A DNA stretch of 64,000 nt from Candidatus Pacearchaeota archaeon CG10_big_fil_rev_8_21_14_0_10_31_59 (GCA_002763115.1 PFCW01000002.1:131703-195702), one strand, 5' to 3'. Shown: positions 28,302 to 38,616, counted from the first letter of the stretch. The notes: generated from the letters alone by a model not told the origin. Translations and numbers: made by a program.

Positions 28302-29507
28302 TTATATCAAGAACCACCCTATAACAGGTAAAATTAAACAGCCCATAAGATGCATTTTTCTTACCTCTTTCAAATTTGCTAGTAAACCTATGGCTGTTGC
28401 AGGAATCAAAATTAAAATTGAAGTAAAACCGGAGAAAATCAGAGTTAAAATTATTATGAAAATTATAACCAGGATAGAAAGCAATTTATAATTAACTCGA
28501 TAAATTTTATTTGCTATTAATCTTGCTATAACTAAAGTTATCATTGCCGCAAGTGAACCAACAAAAATAACACACAAGATTATCAAAATAAGTTTGTTCA
28601 ATGTGAAATTTTCTATTATTTTTTCTATAACAACAGCAACACCATGTCTTGGTTTTTGTATAGCATACAAAGCAACAAAACCCAAAACCATAACAATTGT
28701 GTTTAAAGCACCAACCAAAACTAAAAAACCTTTATGTGAAATTTTTTTGAAGAATGAGGAGCCGAGAACAGCTGCCTGACTTGGCCCCAAACCAGGCAAA
28801 AAACTGCATAATGGAGAGCCGATTAAAGAAGCCAAGCTTGCTTTGAAAATTTCTTTTTTGCTTATTTTCACCTCGGAAAAATCCTGTCTCGGAATTCTTG
28901 TATTCTGGAATAAACTGTTAATCAGCAAACCCAAACCAAATAAACCTCCAAGCAAAGGCAATAACGGCTGTTTAACAAAATGAAAACTTAAACTCAAGAA
29001 ACCCAAAACTCCGGAAATTAAAAATAGAAATAAAGACCAGAAAAATTTCTTGTGTTTTATTTCCTTCATCAGCAAAAATAATGATGCAGCTATCAGAATT
29101 ATTGGGATATATTTTTTTATTAGCTCATAAGTTGAAGGCAAAAACAAAATAAATAATGGGGATAAAATTAAGATTATAATTAAAGCGATTAAAGAACCAT
29201 AAACAGTCAATTTTATCGCAGCAAAACCTTTTCCTTTCAATAAAAATCTGTGACCTGGCAAAACACCCAAAACAGTGTCTTCGTCAGGAGCTCCTAAAAA
29301 TATAGATGGTATGAAGTCAACAAAGGTGCTTGTTGTCGCCATTGAAACTAAAAAAATTACAACAGGAAATGAATCAGCAAAACTTAAACTTGCGAATATG
29401 TTAAAAACTATCAATGAAATCAAGTTTACATGCAAGCCAGGAATAAGACCGGCAATTATCCCAGCTATTAAGCCGAGAAAAATTGCTAAAATTATCGAAA
29501 TAAGCAT
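28302..29507 (-). CDS. TctA-like (DUF112) membrane protein
   Basis: GLIPGLHVN, FVDFIPSIFLGAP...VLPGH motifs; many TM helices. Confidence 0.85.
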   Translation of the reverse strand: MLISIILAIFLGLIAGIIAGLIPGLHVNLISLIVFNIFASLSFADSFPVVIFLVSMATTSTFVDFIPSIFLGAPDEDTVLGVLPGHRFLLKGKGFAAIKLTVYGSLIALIIILILSPLFILFLPSTYELIKKYIPIILIAASLFLLMKEIKHKKFFWSLFLFLISGVLGFLSLSFHFVKQPLLPLLGGLFGLGLLINSLFQNTRIPRQDFSEVKISKKEIFKASLASLIGSPLCSFLPGLGPSQAAVLGSSFFKKISHKGFLVLVGALNTIVMVLGFVALYAIQKPRHGVAVVIEKIIENFTLNKLILIILCVIFVGSLAAMITLVIARLIANKIYRVNYKLLSILVIIFIIILTLIFSGFTSILILIPATAIGLLANLKEVRKMHLMGCLILPVIGWFLI

Positions 29508-29547
29508 TAAAATTAAAAATAAACTGAATTTTTATTTTTTATTGTTC

Positions 29548-29904
29548 TCAAACAGCTTTTATTTTTTCAATTTCTATCTCTAAACCACCGTTATACTCAA
29601 TAATTTTTCCTGTAATCTCTAAATTTTCTCCAATCAATTCTTCAAATTCATAATTTTGTTTGTCTTTATAAAGAATAGATTTTATTTCTCCAGTTTCATC
29701 CTTCAAGGTTAAAATAAATAATCCTTCTGTTTCCTTAACTTCTGAAATTTCAGCTTCAATTCTGACAAAACTGTCAAGTTTTTTCTTTTCAATCTCGTTT
29801 ATTTTAATTATTTTGGGTTCAATAAATTTATTAATAAGCAAAATACAGATTAAACTTACGATGGCGATTATTAAACACAATTTTATAAGCGAAGTTGTTT
29901 TCAT
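29548..29904 (-). CDS. Membrane-anchored OB-fold protein
   Basis: N-terminal TM; LKDETGEI...ITGKIIEYNGGLEI OB pattern. Confidence 0.75.
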   Translation of the reverse strand: MKTTSLIKLCLIIAIVSLICILLINKFIEPKIIKINEIEKKKLDSFVRIEAEISEVKETEGLFILTLKDETGEIKSILYKDKQNYEFEELIGENLEITGKIIEYNGGLEIEIEKIKAV

Positions 29905-29946
29905 TCCCTAGGAAAGTTTAAATAACTTTTATTCTTTTCTATACTC

Positions 29947-30888
29947 ATGGATACAAAAGAAAAAAAGGAGTTGATTCTGAAAAATGTTGTTGAAGTTATA
30001 GAGGAAAAAGAACTAGATGAAATCTTGAAGAAAAAACAACCAGTTGTTTATTGCGGTTACGAGCCTTCAGGACCAATACATCTAGGACATTTTGTAACAA
30101 TTACAAAACTCTTGGATTTTCAAAAAGCAGGATTCAAAGTCAAGATTTTATTGGCCGATTGGCATGCCCGGTTAAATAAAAAAGGAACATTTGAGGAAAT
30201 TAGAAAACAAACTGAAAAATGGAAAAAAGATTTCACAAAATTAGGTTTGGACAAAGCAGAATTTATTATAGGAACTTCTTTCCAGAAAAATGAAGATTAC
30301 ATAAATGATGTTTTTTCTTTGGCAGTTGACACAACAATAAACAGGGCTTTAAGAAGCATGCAGCAGGTTGCTCGAGATATAGAAAATGCGAACGTCGGAC
30401 AAGTAATATATCCTTTTATGCAGGCAGTTGACATTAAACATCTAAAAGTTGATGTTGCTTATGGAGGTTTAGAGCAAAGAAAAATCCATATGATTGCCCG
30501 CGAATTACTTCCCTCTATTAATTATAAAGCTCCAACATGTGTTCATACGCCTCTGATAACTTCTTTAAGCGGACCTGGAGAAAAAATGTCAAGCAGCAAG
30601 CCCGAAACAATGATTTCTTTGGATGACAAGCCGGATGAAATTAAAAACAAAGTAAGGAAGGCGTATTGTCCAGAAAAAGTTTCTGAGGAAAATCCAATAT
30701 TACAGATTTCAAAACTGATAATTTTCCCTAGAATTAAAATTTTTGAAATTAAAAGAGACAAAAAATATGGCGGAGATATTTCTCTTAAAAATTATAAGGA
30801 ACTCGAAAAATCTTTTACAGAAGGAAAAATTCATCCTCTAGATTTGAAAAATACCGTTGCCGAATATTTAATTGAGATTTTAAAATAA
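29947..30888 (+). CDS. tyrS: Tyrosyl-tRNA synthetase (archaeal type)
   Basis: YCGYEPSGPIHLGH (HIGH), YPFMQAVD, GGLEQRKIH, KMSSS, HPLDLK. Confidence 0.97.
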   Translation: MDTKEKKELILKNVVEVIEEKELDEILKKKQPVVYCGYEPSGPIHLGHFVTITKLLDFQKAGFKVKILLADWHARLNKKGTFEEIRKQTEKWKKDFTKLGLDKAEFIIGTSFQKNEDYINDVFSLAVDTTINRALRSMQQVARDIENANVGQVIYPFMQAVDIKHLKVDVAYGGLEQRKIHMIARELLPSINYKAPTCVHTPLITSLSGPGEKMSSSKPETMISLDDKPDEIKNKVRKAYCPEKVSEENPILQISKLIIFPRIKIFEIKRDKKYGGDISLKNYKELEKSFTEGKIHPLDLKNTVAEYLIEILK

Positions 30889-30924
30889 TTATTTCTTCAA
30901 ATACAGTTCAACAATATCTCCGTC
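30889..30924 (-). repeat. Orphan duplicate of the GTPase gene 3' end (DGDIVELYLKK*)
   Basis: 29/36 identical to 31908-31943; a third degenerate copy lies at 31497-31515. Confidence 0.85.
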
Positions 30925-30931
30925 AGAAACA

Positions 30932-30956
30932 TTTAAATACTATAGTCTACTATAGT
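30932..30956 (+). promoter_or_regulatory. TA-operon promoter with a tandem palindromic operator
   Basis: TTTAAATA TATA followed by ACTATAGT twice (30939-46, 30949-56). Confidence 0.6.
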
Positions 30957-30980
30957 AAATTATAATTAGTTATAATAAAA

Positions 30981-31202
30981 ATGGCAACAACAATACAAAT
31001 TTCAGGCAATATAAAAACGACACTCGATAAAATGAAACTTTTTGAGAGAGAAACATATAATGATATAATAGAAAGAATGATAGAAGATGATTTGGAACTA
31101 AATGAGAGAACTAAAAAAGATATTGAAGAAGCCAGAAAACAAGTAAAAGCTGGAAAAGTTGTCTCTCATGGAGAGGTTGAAAAAAGAATAGGGTTAAGAT
31201 AA
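30981..31202 (+). CDS. Putative antitoxin (RHH-like)
   Basis: MATTIQIS...ETYNDIIERMIE pattern; directly upstream of relE. Confidence 0.75.
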   Translation: MATTIQISGNIKTTLDKMKLFERETYNDIIERMIEDDLELNERTKKDIEEARKQVKAGKVVSHGEVEKRIGLR

Positions 31203-31232
31203 GTTTAATAATTCTTTTTTATTCACATTAAA

Positions 31233-31496
31233 ATGGAAAAAGAGTTTAGGATAAACTGGACTGAAAAAGCTCTTGATGGAATCGACGAATTAGAACCTTT
31301 AATTGCTAAAAGAATAACTAAAAAAGTTTCTGAATTGGCAAAAAACTCCTCTTCTCTTAATATCAAAAGACTAAAAGGAGAAAAAGCATTTCGGCTGAGA
31401 ATTGGAGATTATAGAATTATTTTTGATATCAATACTGCGGAAAATTCAATAAACATTTTAAAGGTCGGTCACAGAAAAAATATTTATGAAAGATGA
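31233..31496 (+). CDS. relE: RelE/ParE-family toxin
   Basis: KRLKG...FRLRIGDYRIIF...KVGHRKNIY. Confidence 0.92.
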   Translation: MEKEFRINWTEKALDGIDELEPLIAKRITKKVSELAKNSSSLNIKRLKGEKAFRLRIGDYRIIFDINTAENSINILKVGHRKNIYER

Positions 31497-31536
31497 CTAT
31501 TTCTTCAAACTAGTTAAAATAAGAGAACTGAAAGAT

Positions 31537-31839
31537 TTATTTTCTTTTAACAGGGATGCCATACCCTCCACTGTTATCGCTATACACTCCGCTTCCACTT
31601 AGAGGAATGTATCTAATAAATCCAACACATCTTTCATCAAGAAGTTTTTTAAGTAAGTCCCATTCTATCTCTTGGTCAATAAACATATATTTTTCTGGTG
31701 TTCCAGTGTCCATAATTTCATATTCATGCCTTTTAAGTTCATTATATTCTGCTAAACTACCTGGGAATCTATCTAGTGCATTAATTCCATCTTCCAATTG
31801 TTTTTTTCTCTTCCAATTGTTTTTTTCTTTACGATCCAT
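31537..31839 (-). CDS. Orphan hypothetical protein
   Basis: 100 aa; ATG about 30 nt after a minus-strand TTTATAAA. Confidence 0.6.
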   Translation of the reverse strand: MDRKEKNNWKRKKQLEDGINALDRFPGSLAEYNELKRHEYEIMDTGTPEKYMFIDQEIEWDLLKKLLDERCVGFIRYIPLSGSGVYSDNSGGYGIPVKRK

Positions 31840-31907
31840 TTTAATTCCTTATTGATATAACAAATCTAATCTTTATAAATCTTTTGTTTATAGTAATTAT
31901 TAAGTAG

Positions 31908-32840
31908 TTACTTCTTCAAATATAGTTCCACAACGTCACCATCTTCTAATCTATGCTCTTTTTTTACATTCTGCCATTCAAATCTTGCACTTTTGCCTTT
32001 TACCTTGGCATAATTTATTCTGTCAATATAATCTCTTCTGATTTCTTTTGCAACATCTTCGATAGTCGGCTGAGTTTTGAAAACAATCGGCTTTTTTGCA
32101 ATTTCTTTTGAAGGTTCTTTCGTGTATATTCTGTAAAGATTTAACTGCCAGAATAAATATTTCATAAAAAAATTCAGGGAACTTTCCTCTGCGACAGAAA
32201 ACTTGACAGTTTCAATCTTTTTTTTATTAAAAGAAAAATCCTCTTTTTTGAAATCTTCGAAATATTTTGTATTGGAAACAATTATCATATTTTCAGGAAT
32301 TTTATTGAAAGTTTTTTCTATTTCCGGCATTACCCCCTTTAGCTGGTCAAAATCTTCAACCATCACCAAAATCAAATCAGTAGTTCTTAGGAGATTAAGA
32401 TATTTTTTGTCTTTATCATAAATTCCAGTCAAAGCAGGCAATTCAACGAACTGAAGCCAAACATCATTGAATTTTACAACACCCTGCTCCGGTTTTATTG
32501 TCGTAAATGGAAATTCGCGTATCTTCGGTTTTGCATTCGTAATCTTGCTCAAAAACAAACTTTTTCCGGTATTTGTAGGACCGACAACAATAATCTGAAA
32601 ATCACCTTCTTTTTTTAAGGAATCCCCATGCTTCAAACCTTTTTTCCTTTTCTTTTCTTCAATTTCTTTTTTTAATCTCGACAGCTTTCTTTTTAAATCA
32701 GCTCTTAGATTTTCAGCTCCCTTATGACTCGGAGCTTCAGAAATCATTTTTTTTAAAATATCTATTTTCTCTTCATCTGTTTTTGCTACGGCATATTCCC
32801 CCTGTAGCTTCAAAAACTGCGGTGTGGCATTAATTGGCAT
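31908..32840 (-). CDS. DRG/OBG-family GTPase with TGS domain
   Basis: MPINA...PSHKGAENL, GPTNTGKS, FPFTT, C-terminal TGS domain (HRLEDGDVVEL). Confidence 0.88.
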   Translation of the reverse strand: MPINATPQFLKLQGEYAVAKTDEEKIDILKKMISEAPSHKGAENLRADLKRKLSRLKKEIEEKKRKKGLKHGDSLKKEGDFQIIVVGPTNTGKSLFLSKITNAKPKIREFPFTTIKPEQGVVKFNDVWLQFVELPALTGIYDKDKKYLNLLRTTDLILVMVEDFDQLKGVMPEIEKTFNKIPENMIIVSNTKYFEDFKKEDFSFNKKKIETVKFSVAEESSLNFFMKYLFWQLNLYRIYTKEPSKEIAKKPIVFKTQPTIEDVAKEIRRDYIDRINYAKVKGKSARFEWQNVKKEHRLEDGDVVELYLKK

Positions 32841-32897
32841 GTATTATATACATACAAAAAATTTAAAAGCTTTTTTAATGTTAATGAATAACATAAA

Positions 32898-34097
32898 ATG
32901 GCCGAATTTCACAAGAAAGTTCTTTCTAACGGACTTACGATTTTATATGAGCATAGAAATTTACCTGTTACAACTATAGTTGTTGCAGCAAAATATGGTT
33001 ATGGATACGAAAATTCCCTCAACAAGGGCATTTCCCATCTAATCGAGCACTGTATTTTCAAGGGAACAAAGAAAAGAACGAATGAACAATTAGCAGCTTC
33101 ACTTGAAAAAGTTGGAGGTTATGTTAACGCTTTTACAGATGAAGAAGAGACGGCAATTTATACCAAAATTCCATCAAAACATTTTGAACTTGGCCTTGAT
33201 GTTATTTTAGATATGTTTCTTAATCCGGCTTTTGACGACAAAGAAATAAAAAAAGAAAAAAAAGTTGTGCTGGAAGAAATGAAAATGTATCACGATTCGC
33301 CTATGAGATCTATTTTTGATATAATGAAATCGTTGCTTTACAAACCACCTTTTAGCATATCCGGACTTGGAACAGAAAAATGTTTAAATATAATCAAGAG
33401 AAAGGACCTTTTGAAATTGCATTTAGACCAGTACACACCAAAAAATACAATTTTGATTGTTATAGGGGACGTTTCTTTAGAGGATGTTGCAGAAAAAGCA
33501 GAAAAATATTTTGATTTGTATAGAGTTCAGGGTTATAAAAATATTGATGTCAGATTTTCAAACGGAAATTATACTGAAAAAAGAAAAGGTATAGACCAAG
33601 CACATTTGGCTTTAGGATTTCATGCTCCGCCTTTTTCAAATAAATTAAATTATGCGGCACAACTCGCAAATTCTCTATTGGCTCCTGGACATTCAAGCAT
33701 ATTATGGAGAGAAATAAGGGAAAAAAGAGGGCTTGCCTATGCTTTATTAAGTATATTAGAATGTGGAAAAAATTTCGGCTATCATACTTTTTATGTCGGC
33801 TGTCCAAAAGAAAATGTAAATCAGGTTTTTGAAATAATTAAAAAAGAGATTAAAGAACTGCAGAATATCAAACAAAAAAATTTAAGTGAAATGAAAGAAC
33901 AATTAATAGGAAATCATCTTTTAAAAATGGAGGATTCAACGACGGTAGCAAAAGAACTTCTTTATTATGAAATTGCTGGAAAAGCAGAGGATTTTTATAA
34001 TTATGAGGAAAATATAAGCGCCGTAAAATTAGATGATGTAAAAAGTGTCATGAATGTTAAAGATTATTCCAAGACTCTTATCTTGCCAGAAAAATGA
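32898..34097 (+). CDS. M16 (pitrilysin-like) zinc peptidase
   Basis: HLIEH inverted zinc motif, NAFT, EKKVVLEE, IREKRGLAY. Confidence 0.93.
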   Translation: MAEFHKKVLSNGLTILYEHRNLPVTTIVVAAKYGYGYENSLNKGISHLIEHCIFKGTKKRTNEQLAASLEKVGGYVNAFTDEEETAIYTKIPSKHFELGLDVILDMFLNPAFDDKEIKKEKKVVLEEMKMYHDSPMRSIFDIMKSLLYKPPFSISGLGTEKCLNIIKRKDLLKLHLDQYTPKNTILIVIGDVSLEDVAEKAEKYFDLYRVQGYKNIDVRFSNGNYTEKRKGIDQAHLALGFHAPPFSNKLNYAAQLANSLLAPGHSSILWREIREKRGLAYALLSILECGKNFGYHTFYVGCPKENVNQVFEIIKKEIKELQNIKQKNLSEMKEQLIGNHLLKMEDSTTVAKELLYYEIAGKAEDFYNYEENISAVKLDDVKSVMNVKDYSKTLILPEK

Positions 34098-34621
34098 GAT
34101 GTTTTATTGCAGTAGATTTGCCAGAAAAAGTTAAGGATGTAATTGTACAAATTCAAAATAATCTGGAGAAAAAAAATTTGTTCTCCGGGAAATTAATAAA
34201 AAAAGAGAATCTGCATCTGACTTTGAAATTTCTTAATGAAATTGACAAGGAAAAAGCAGAAAAAATAAAAATTATCTTGGAAAATGTCAAATTAAAAAAA
34301 TTTAAGGTTAAATTATCGGATTTCGGCGTTTTCTCCGAGAATTTTATCAAAATAATCTGGGTAAAAATGGAAAATTGTGATGAACTGCAAAAACAAATCG
34401 ATAAGAATCTTGAACATTTATTTCAAAAAGAAAAGAATTTTGTTTCGCATATAACAATAGCGAGGGTAAAAAATGTCGAAGATAAACAAAAACTGATTGA
34501 TAAGCTTAAAAGAATCAAGATGAATGAAGAATTTATTGTAGATAAATTTTCTTTAAAAAAGTCAACCTTGACGGAAAATGGACCGGTTTATGAAGATTTG
34601 ACCGTTTTTGAGTTAGGCTAA
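34094..34621 (+). CDS. thpR: RNA 2',3'-cyclic phosphodiesterase (2H family)
   Basis: MRCFIAVD, HLTLKF and HITIAR motifs, STLTENGPVY. Confidence 0.92.
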   Translation: MRCFIAVDLPEKVKDVIVQIQNNLEKKNLFSGKLIKKENLHLTLKFLNEIDKEKAEKIKIILENVKLKKFKVKLSDFGVFSENFIKIIWVKMENCDELQKQIDKNLEHLFQKEKNFVSHITIARVKNVEDKQKLIDKLKRIKMNEEFIVDKFSLKKSTLTENGPVYEDLTVFELG

Positions 34622-35313
34622 TCAGAATACCTCATCCCAGTTATTTCTTTAATTAATTTTGCTTTTTTATTGCCCAATTTTTTAATTTTTGAAAGTTCAG
34701 CAATATCAGCATTAATTATGTTTTTTAAAGTCTTGAATTTTCTTAATAATTCCTTTGCCAAGTTTGGTCCTATTCCCGGAAAACCCTCAATTATCAACTG
34801 CAACATCTCATTTTTGCTATAAACTTTCTTCTTAAACTTTAATCCTATTTCTTTATTAGGCTTGTTTTCTCTTTTAGCCAAAGATTTCAGATATTTTGCA
34901 GTGTCCTCAGAATTCTTTGTGAAAATTACAGGTATTCGATACTCCAAAATAACAGATAAAACCATGCCCCTTATTACATTCTCATTGAAACTGTTTTCAT
35001 AAAAATCTTTCTCCTCATATCCTTCAATAATCAACAACTGCTTCGGATATTGTTTTAATTCATGCAACTGCTTAAACAATCTTTTATTTATCATACTGGA
35101 AATAAAATCAGAAATTGTCTTTCGTTCTATTCCAATGCTGCCGACAATATAATCAGCAACTTTCAGCATTTTAAATTCGGGGTTAACTTCATTTTCAATA
35201 AGATAAGAATATACAAGTGAATTTTTTTCTCTTTTATCAACTATAATGTGCAGTAATTCTTTAGGCTTTTCCTTGGATTTTTTCTTTGGGAATATATCTA
35301 AAATTGGTTCCAT
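34618..35313 (-). CDS. ERCC4/XPF nuclease with HhH (nuclease half of Hef)
   Basis: VDKRE, ADY, IERKTISDF, LIIEG; FPGIGP HhH. Confidence 0.9.
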   Translation of the reverse strand: MEPILDIFPKKKSKEKPKELLHIIVDKREKNSLVYSYLIENEVNPEFKMLKVADYIVGSIGIERKTISDFISSMINKRLFKQLHELKQYPKQLLIIEGYEEKDFYENSFNENVIRGMVLSVILEYRIPVIFTKNSEDTAKYLKSLAKRENKPNKEIGLKFKKKVYSKNEMLQLIIEGFPGIGPNLAKELLRKFKTLKNIINADIAELSKIKKLGNKKAKLIKEITGMRYSD

Positions 35314-35314
35314 T

Positions 35315-36091
35315 TTATATGATTAAACTATAAATTATTAAAAATAATCCTAAAGCAAGAGTGTAATATGCAAAATAATGTAATTTCTGATTTTGAACTA
35401 TTTTTATTAATAATTTCAAGAAAATATAACTGATTATCAATGCAATCAAAAATCCAACAAGAACATAAACAAAATTGATATTCGACAATGTCAGTTCTTT
35501 AAATTCGAAAATCATCGCTCCAATTATTGCTGGAATTGCGATTAAAAATGAAAATTTAATAGCTTTTTCTTTCGGAATGCCCAAGATTAATCCTGTTGAA
35601 ATTGTAGAACCGGAGCGGGAAATACCGGGTATTAAAGCTAGGCCCTGGGAAATTCCAACAAATACTGAGTTTAAGAAATTTAAATTTTTTGATTTAATTT
35701 TTATTTTTGTCATAAACAAGAAGAAAGTTGTGATTAACAAAGCAAAACCTATTATCGATAAATTCGTGAAGAATGATTTGAATAAACTTTTAAAGGAAAA
35801 CCCGATGATTGCTGTAAAAATACAAGCTATAATAATATAAACTGCAACTTTAAAATTTTCAGATTTTAATTTAAAGGAAAAAAATTCCTTTATTATATTA
35901 ATAATATCTTTCCAAAAAACTATTAATATTGCTATTAAAGTTGCTACATGTAACACCATATTAAAAGCAACTGGAACTTGTATACCCCAGAATTTTTCTA
36001 TGATTGCTAGATGAGCAGAACTTGAAACTGGAATAAATTCAGTAATCCCCTGAATTAATCCTAAAATTATTGATTGAATTATTGTTAACAT
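35315..36091 (-). CDS. uppP: Undecaprenyl/polyprenyl-diphosphate phosphatase
   Basis: QGITEFIPVSSSAH and PGISRSGST motifs. Confidence 0.93.
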   Translation of the reverse strand: MLTIIQSIILGLIQGITEFIPVSSSAHLAIIEKFWGIQVPVAFNMVLHVATLIAILIVFWKDIINIIKEFFSFKLKSENFKVAVYIIIACIFTAIIGFSFKSLFKSFFTNLSIIGFALLITTFFLFMTKIKIKSKNLNFLNSVFVGISQGLALIPGISRSGSTISTGLILGIPKEKAIKFSFLIAIPAIIGAMIFEFKELTLSNINFVYVLVGFLIALIISYIFLKLLIKIVQNQKLHYFAYYTLALGLFLIIYSLII

Positions 36092-36774
36092 TTGAAGTAA
36101 TCCTTATATTTTATTTTAGTCTTGTCTTTCTTGGACATAAGCTTTAAGCATTTAAAAATCATATTGATTATCCCCTCTCTTTCAAATCTTCTAAACGAGT
36201 ATCTTAATTTAGATTTTTTATTAAAAATCGCGAATTTTCCCAATTTAGAAGCTTTTCTGACATAATCTGAATCTTCAAAATAATATAGTTTTTCATTAAA
36301 GCCATTTATTGCTTCATGCAATTCCCTCTTGATAATAATCCCAAAACCCCAGGCATAAGGTTTTATTTTCTGCGTAAAAAACATATGGACATTGATAACT
36401 CCAACGATTATATCGTTAATAACTTTTTTTTCCAATGCAAAAGTGTAAAAAGCCCCAACATCCAGCTTTTTCTTTTTAAAAAGTTTTAAACTAACTTCTA
36501 AAAAGTTTTTAGGTATTATTATATCTGCATCAAAAAAAATAAAAATATCCCCTTTAGCAACCTTTGCTCCATTATTTCTTCCGACAGAGGGGACACCCCC
36601 GTCAACTATTTTGCACCCGTAATTTTTTGCAATTTCTCTGATTTGGTCTTCTGATTTGGCGTCAGCCACTACAACCTCAAAATCTTTGAATGTCTGTCTC
36701 TTCAAACAGTTTAGCAACAAAGGCAGTCTTTTTTCTTCGTTTTTTGTCGGAATTATTATGCTTATTAATGGCAT
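36085..36774 (-). CDS. GT2 glycosyltransferase
   Basis: SIIIPTKNEE, GRNNGA, FFDAD, GFNE...ED. Confidence 0.9.
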   Translation of the reverse strand: MPLISIIIPTKNEEKRLPLLLNCLKRQTFKDFEVVVADAKSEDQIREIAKNYGCKIVDGGVPSVGRNNGAKVAKGDIFIFFDADIIIPKNFLEVSLKLFKKKKLDVGAFYTFALEKKVINDIIVGVINVHMFFTQKIKPYAWGFGIIIKRELHEAINGFNEKLYYFEDSDYVRKASKLGKFAIFNKKSKLRYSFRRFEREGIINMIFKCLKLMSKKDKTKIKYKDYFKC

Positions 36775-36775
36775 T

Positions 36776-38293
36776 TTAAAAATCATTAAGGTTTGATTGT
36801 TGTTTTTTTGTAAATTTCTGCTTTAAACTTTCTATAGCAGTGTTCATTTTTCTTTCTTTCGCTTTGGATGCATAGTAATACACTTCATCTCTTGTTCTTC
36901 TTGTCATTAAAACTATAACTTTTCCAGGTTTTAATCTTGCTGTTCTTCCCCTTCTCTGAATTTGTCTTATAGCAGAAGGTATTGGTTCGTAAAAAATCAC
37001 AGCATCAACTTCAGGGATATCTAAACCTTCCTCACCAATTGATGTTGAAATTAAAACATTTATTTTATTTTCCTTGAATTTGTCTAAAATTATTTTCTGC
37101 TCTTTCTGATTCATTCCAATATTTCTTCTTTTTGCCTGTCCAACGAAAATTTCAGCATTTATTTTATTTTGATTAAGTCTTTCCTTTATTTTGTTTACAG
37201 TATCCCTATACTGTGTAAATACAATAATCTTTTTGTTTTTTTCACCCAAAATTTCATTTAAAACTTCTATCAGTTTTTCCTGTTTCGGGTGTTCAAAATT
37301 TTCAGCCTTTAATTTAGCAGTAACGAGATAAACTGATTTGAAAATTTCTGTTTTTGTAATAGCCAAAGAAGCCTTTCTCCCCTCTTCCGATTCTTTTAAC
37401 AATTTTTGCAGATAAAGATAAAAAGGCGTTATTCCCTGCGTTTCTAACAATTCCAAAGCATACTGTAATTTTATTGCCTGAACACATAAAGACAATCCCT
37501 TTAACAGATTAAAATTCTTATTTCCGGAGTTTACAGCATTAAATATTCTTTTCTGCAATTCCAAAAGATTAGTTTTTGTAGGCCTGTCAAATAAAATTTT
37601 CCTGTTCTGCAATTCTTCAATTTTTTTCGCATAAATTTCCTTTATCTTATCTTTTATTAATTCAAATTCTGGCGGCATATCAACTCTGACAATATCTAAT
37701 TTCATCTCCTGAATATATTCTTTTACATCTTTACTTTCCCTGTTTCTTATTTCAATATGTTCTATGTCCAGAGTTTCACAAATTTTTTTTATTTTTTCTT
37801 CTTCATGTCCGGGAGATGCAGTCAAGGCCAGAACTCTCTTGTTAATCCCCTGCATTTTGTATTTATTTGAAACATAAACATAACTGTAGTCTTTTACAGC
37901 CCTATGCGCCTCATCAAAAACCAGCAAAGAGAAATCCTCCAAACTTATCACACCTCTTTTCAAATCATTTGCTATGCATTGTGGTGTTGAGAAAATTATC
38001 GTAGCTGTCCACATTTTTTTAATTCTATCCTCGGATTTAATCTTTCCAGTAATAAGAACATATTCTGCATACAAATCTCCGAGAGTTTTTTGAAAAGTGT
38101 AATAATGCTGCTCAATCAATGGTCTTGTGGGAGCCATTATCAGAATTTTACTCCTAGGAAATTTTTCCAGTCTATCTTTAGTCAACATCAAGGCAATAAG
38201 AGTTTTTCCCAAGCCAGTCGGTAATACAACCAACGTGTTTTTGTCTTTCGCATTTTCAAAAATCTCTTTTTGATATTCCCTAGCTTCTACCAT
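36776..38293 (-). CDS. hef: Hef/FANCM-like helicase (no fused nuclease domain)
   Basis: REYQ, LPTGLGKT, FDEAHRA, LTASPG, EEGLDIP, QRRGRTAR; C-terminal PIP-like QSNLNDF. Confidence 0.88.
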   Translation of the reverse strand: MVEAREYQKEIFENAKDKNTLVVLPTGLGKTLIALMLTKDRLEKFPRSKILIMAPTRPLIEQHYYTFQKTLGDLYAEYVLITGKIKSEDRIKKMWTATIIFSTPQCIANDLKRGVISLEDFSLLVFDEAHRAVKDYSYVYVSNKYKMQGINKRVLALTASPGHEEEKIKKICETLDIEHIEIRNRESKDVKEYIQEMKLDIVRVDMPPEFELIKDKIKEIYAKKIEELQNRKILFDRPTKTNLLELQKRIFNAVNSGNKNFNLLKGLSLCVQAIKLQYALELLETQGITPFYLYLQKLLKESEEGRKASLAITKTEIFKSVYLVTAKLKAENFEHPKQEKLIEVLNEILGEKNKKIIVFTQYRDTVNKIKERLNQNKINAEIFVGQAKRRNIGMNQKEQKIILDKFKENKINVLISTSIGEEGLDIPEVDAVIFYEPIPSAIRQIQRRGRTARLKPGKVIVLMTRRTRDEVYYYASKAKERKMNTAIESLKQKFTKKQQSNLNDF

Positions 38294-38343
38294 GTATAAT
38301 ACAGATAACAAATATTTTTAAGTATAATTATTTTAAAGCATCC

Positions 38344-38616
38344 ATGTTTGTAAAAATTTTGGGTGTGATGGATATGGTATCATCAGTTTTTTTAATCGGA
38401 AGTATGTTTCATTTCCCCCAAATATTATTTTATATAGCTTTGATATATCTGGCAATTAAGGCGGTTTTATTTCTACCTTCTTTAAATGTTCTGACTTTTT
38501 TTGATTTAATAATCGCTATATTATTCTTCTTATCATTATTTTTGGCAATCCCAAAAACAATTTTAATAATATGCTTTTTATTTTTATTCGGAAAGGGGAT
38601 AATAAGTCTGCTTTGA
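38344..38616 (+). CDS. Small membrane protein
   Basis: 90 aa, almost entirely hydrophobic. Confidence 0.65.
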   Translation: MFVKILGVMDMVSSVFLIGSMFHFPQILFYIALIYLAIKAVLFLPSLNVLTFFDLIIAILFFLSLFLAIPKTILIICFLFLFGKGIISLL

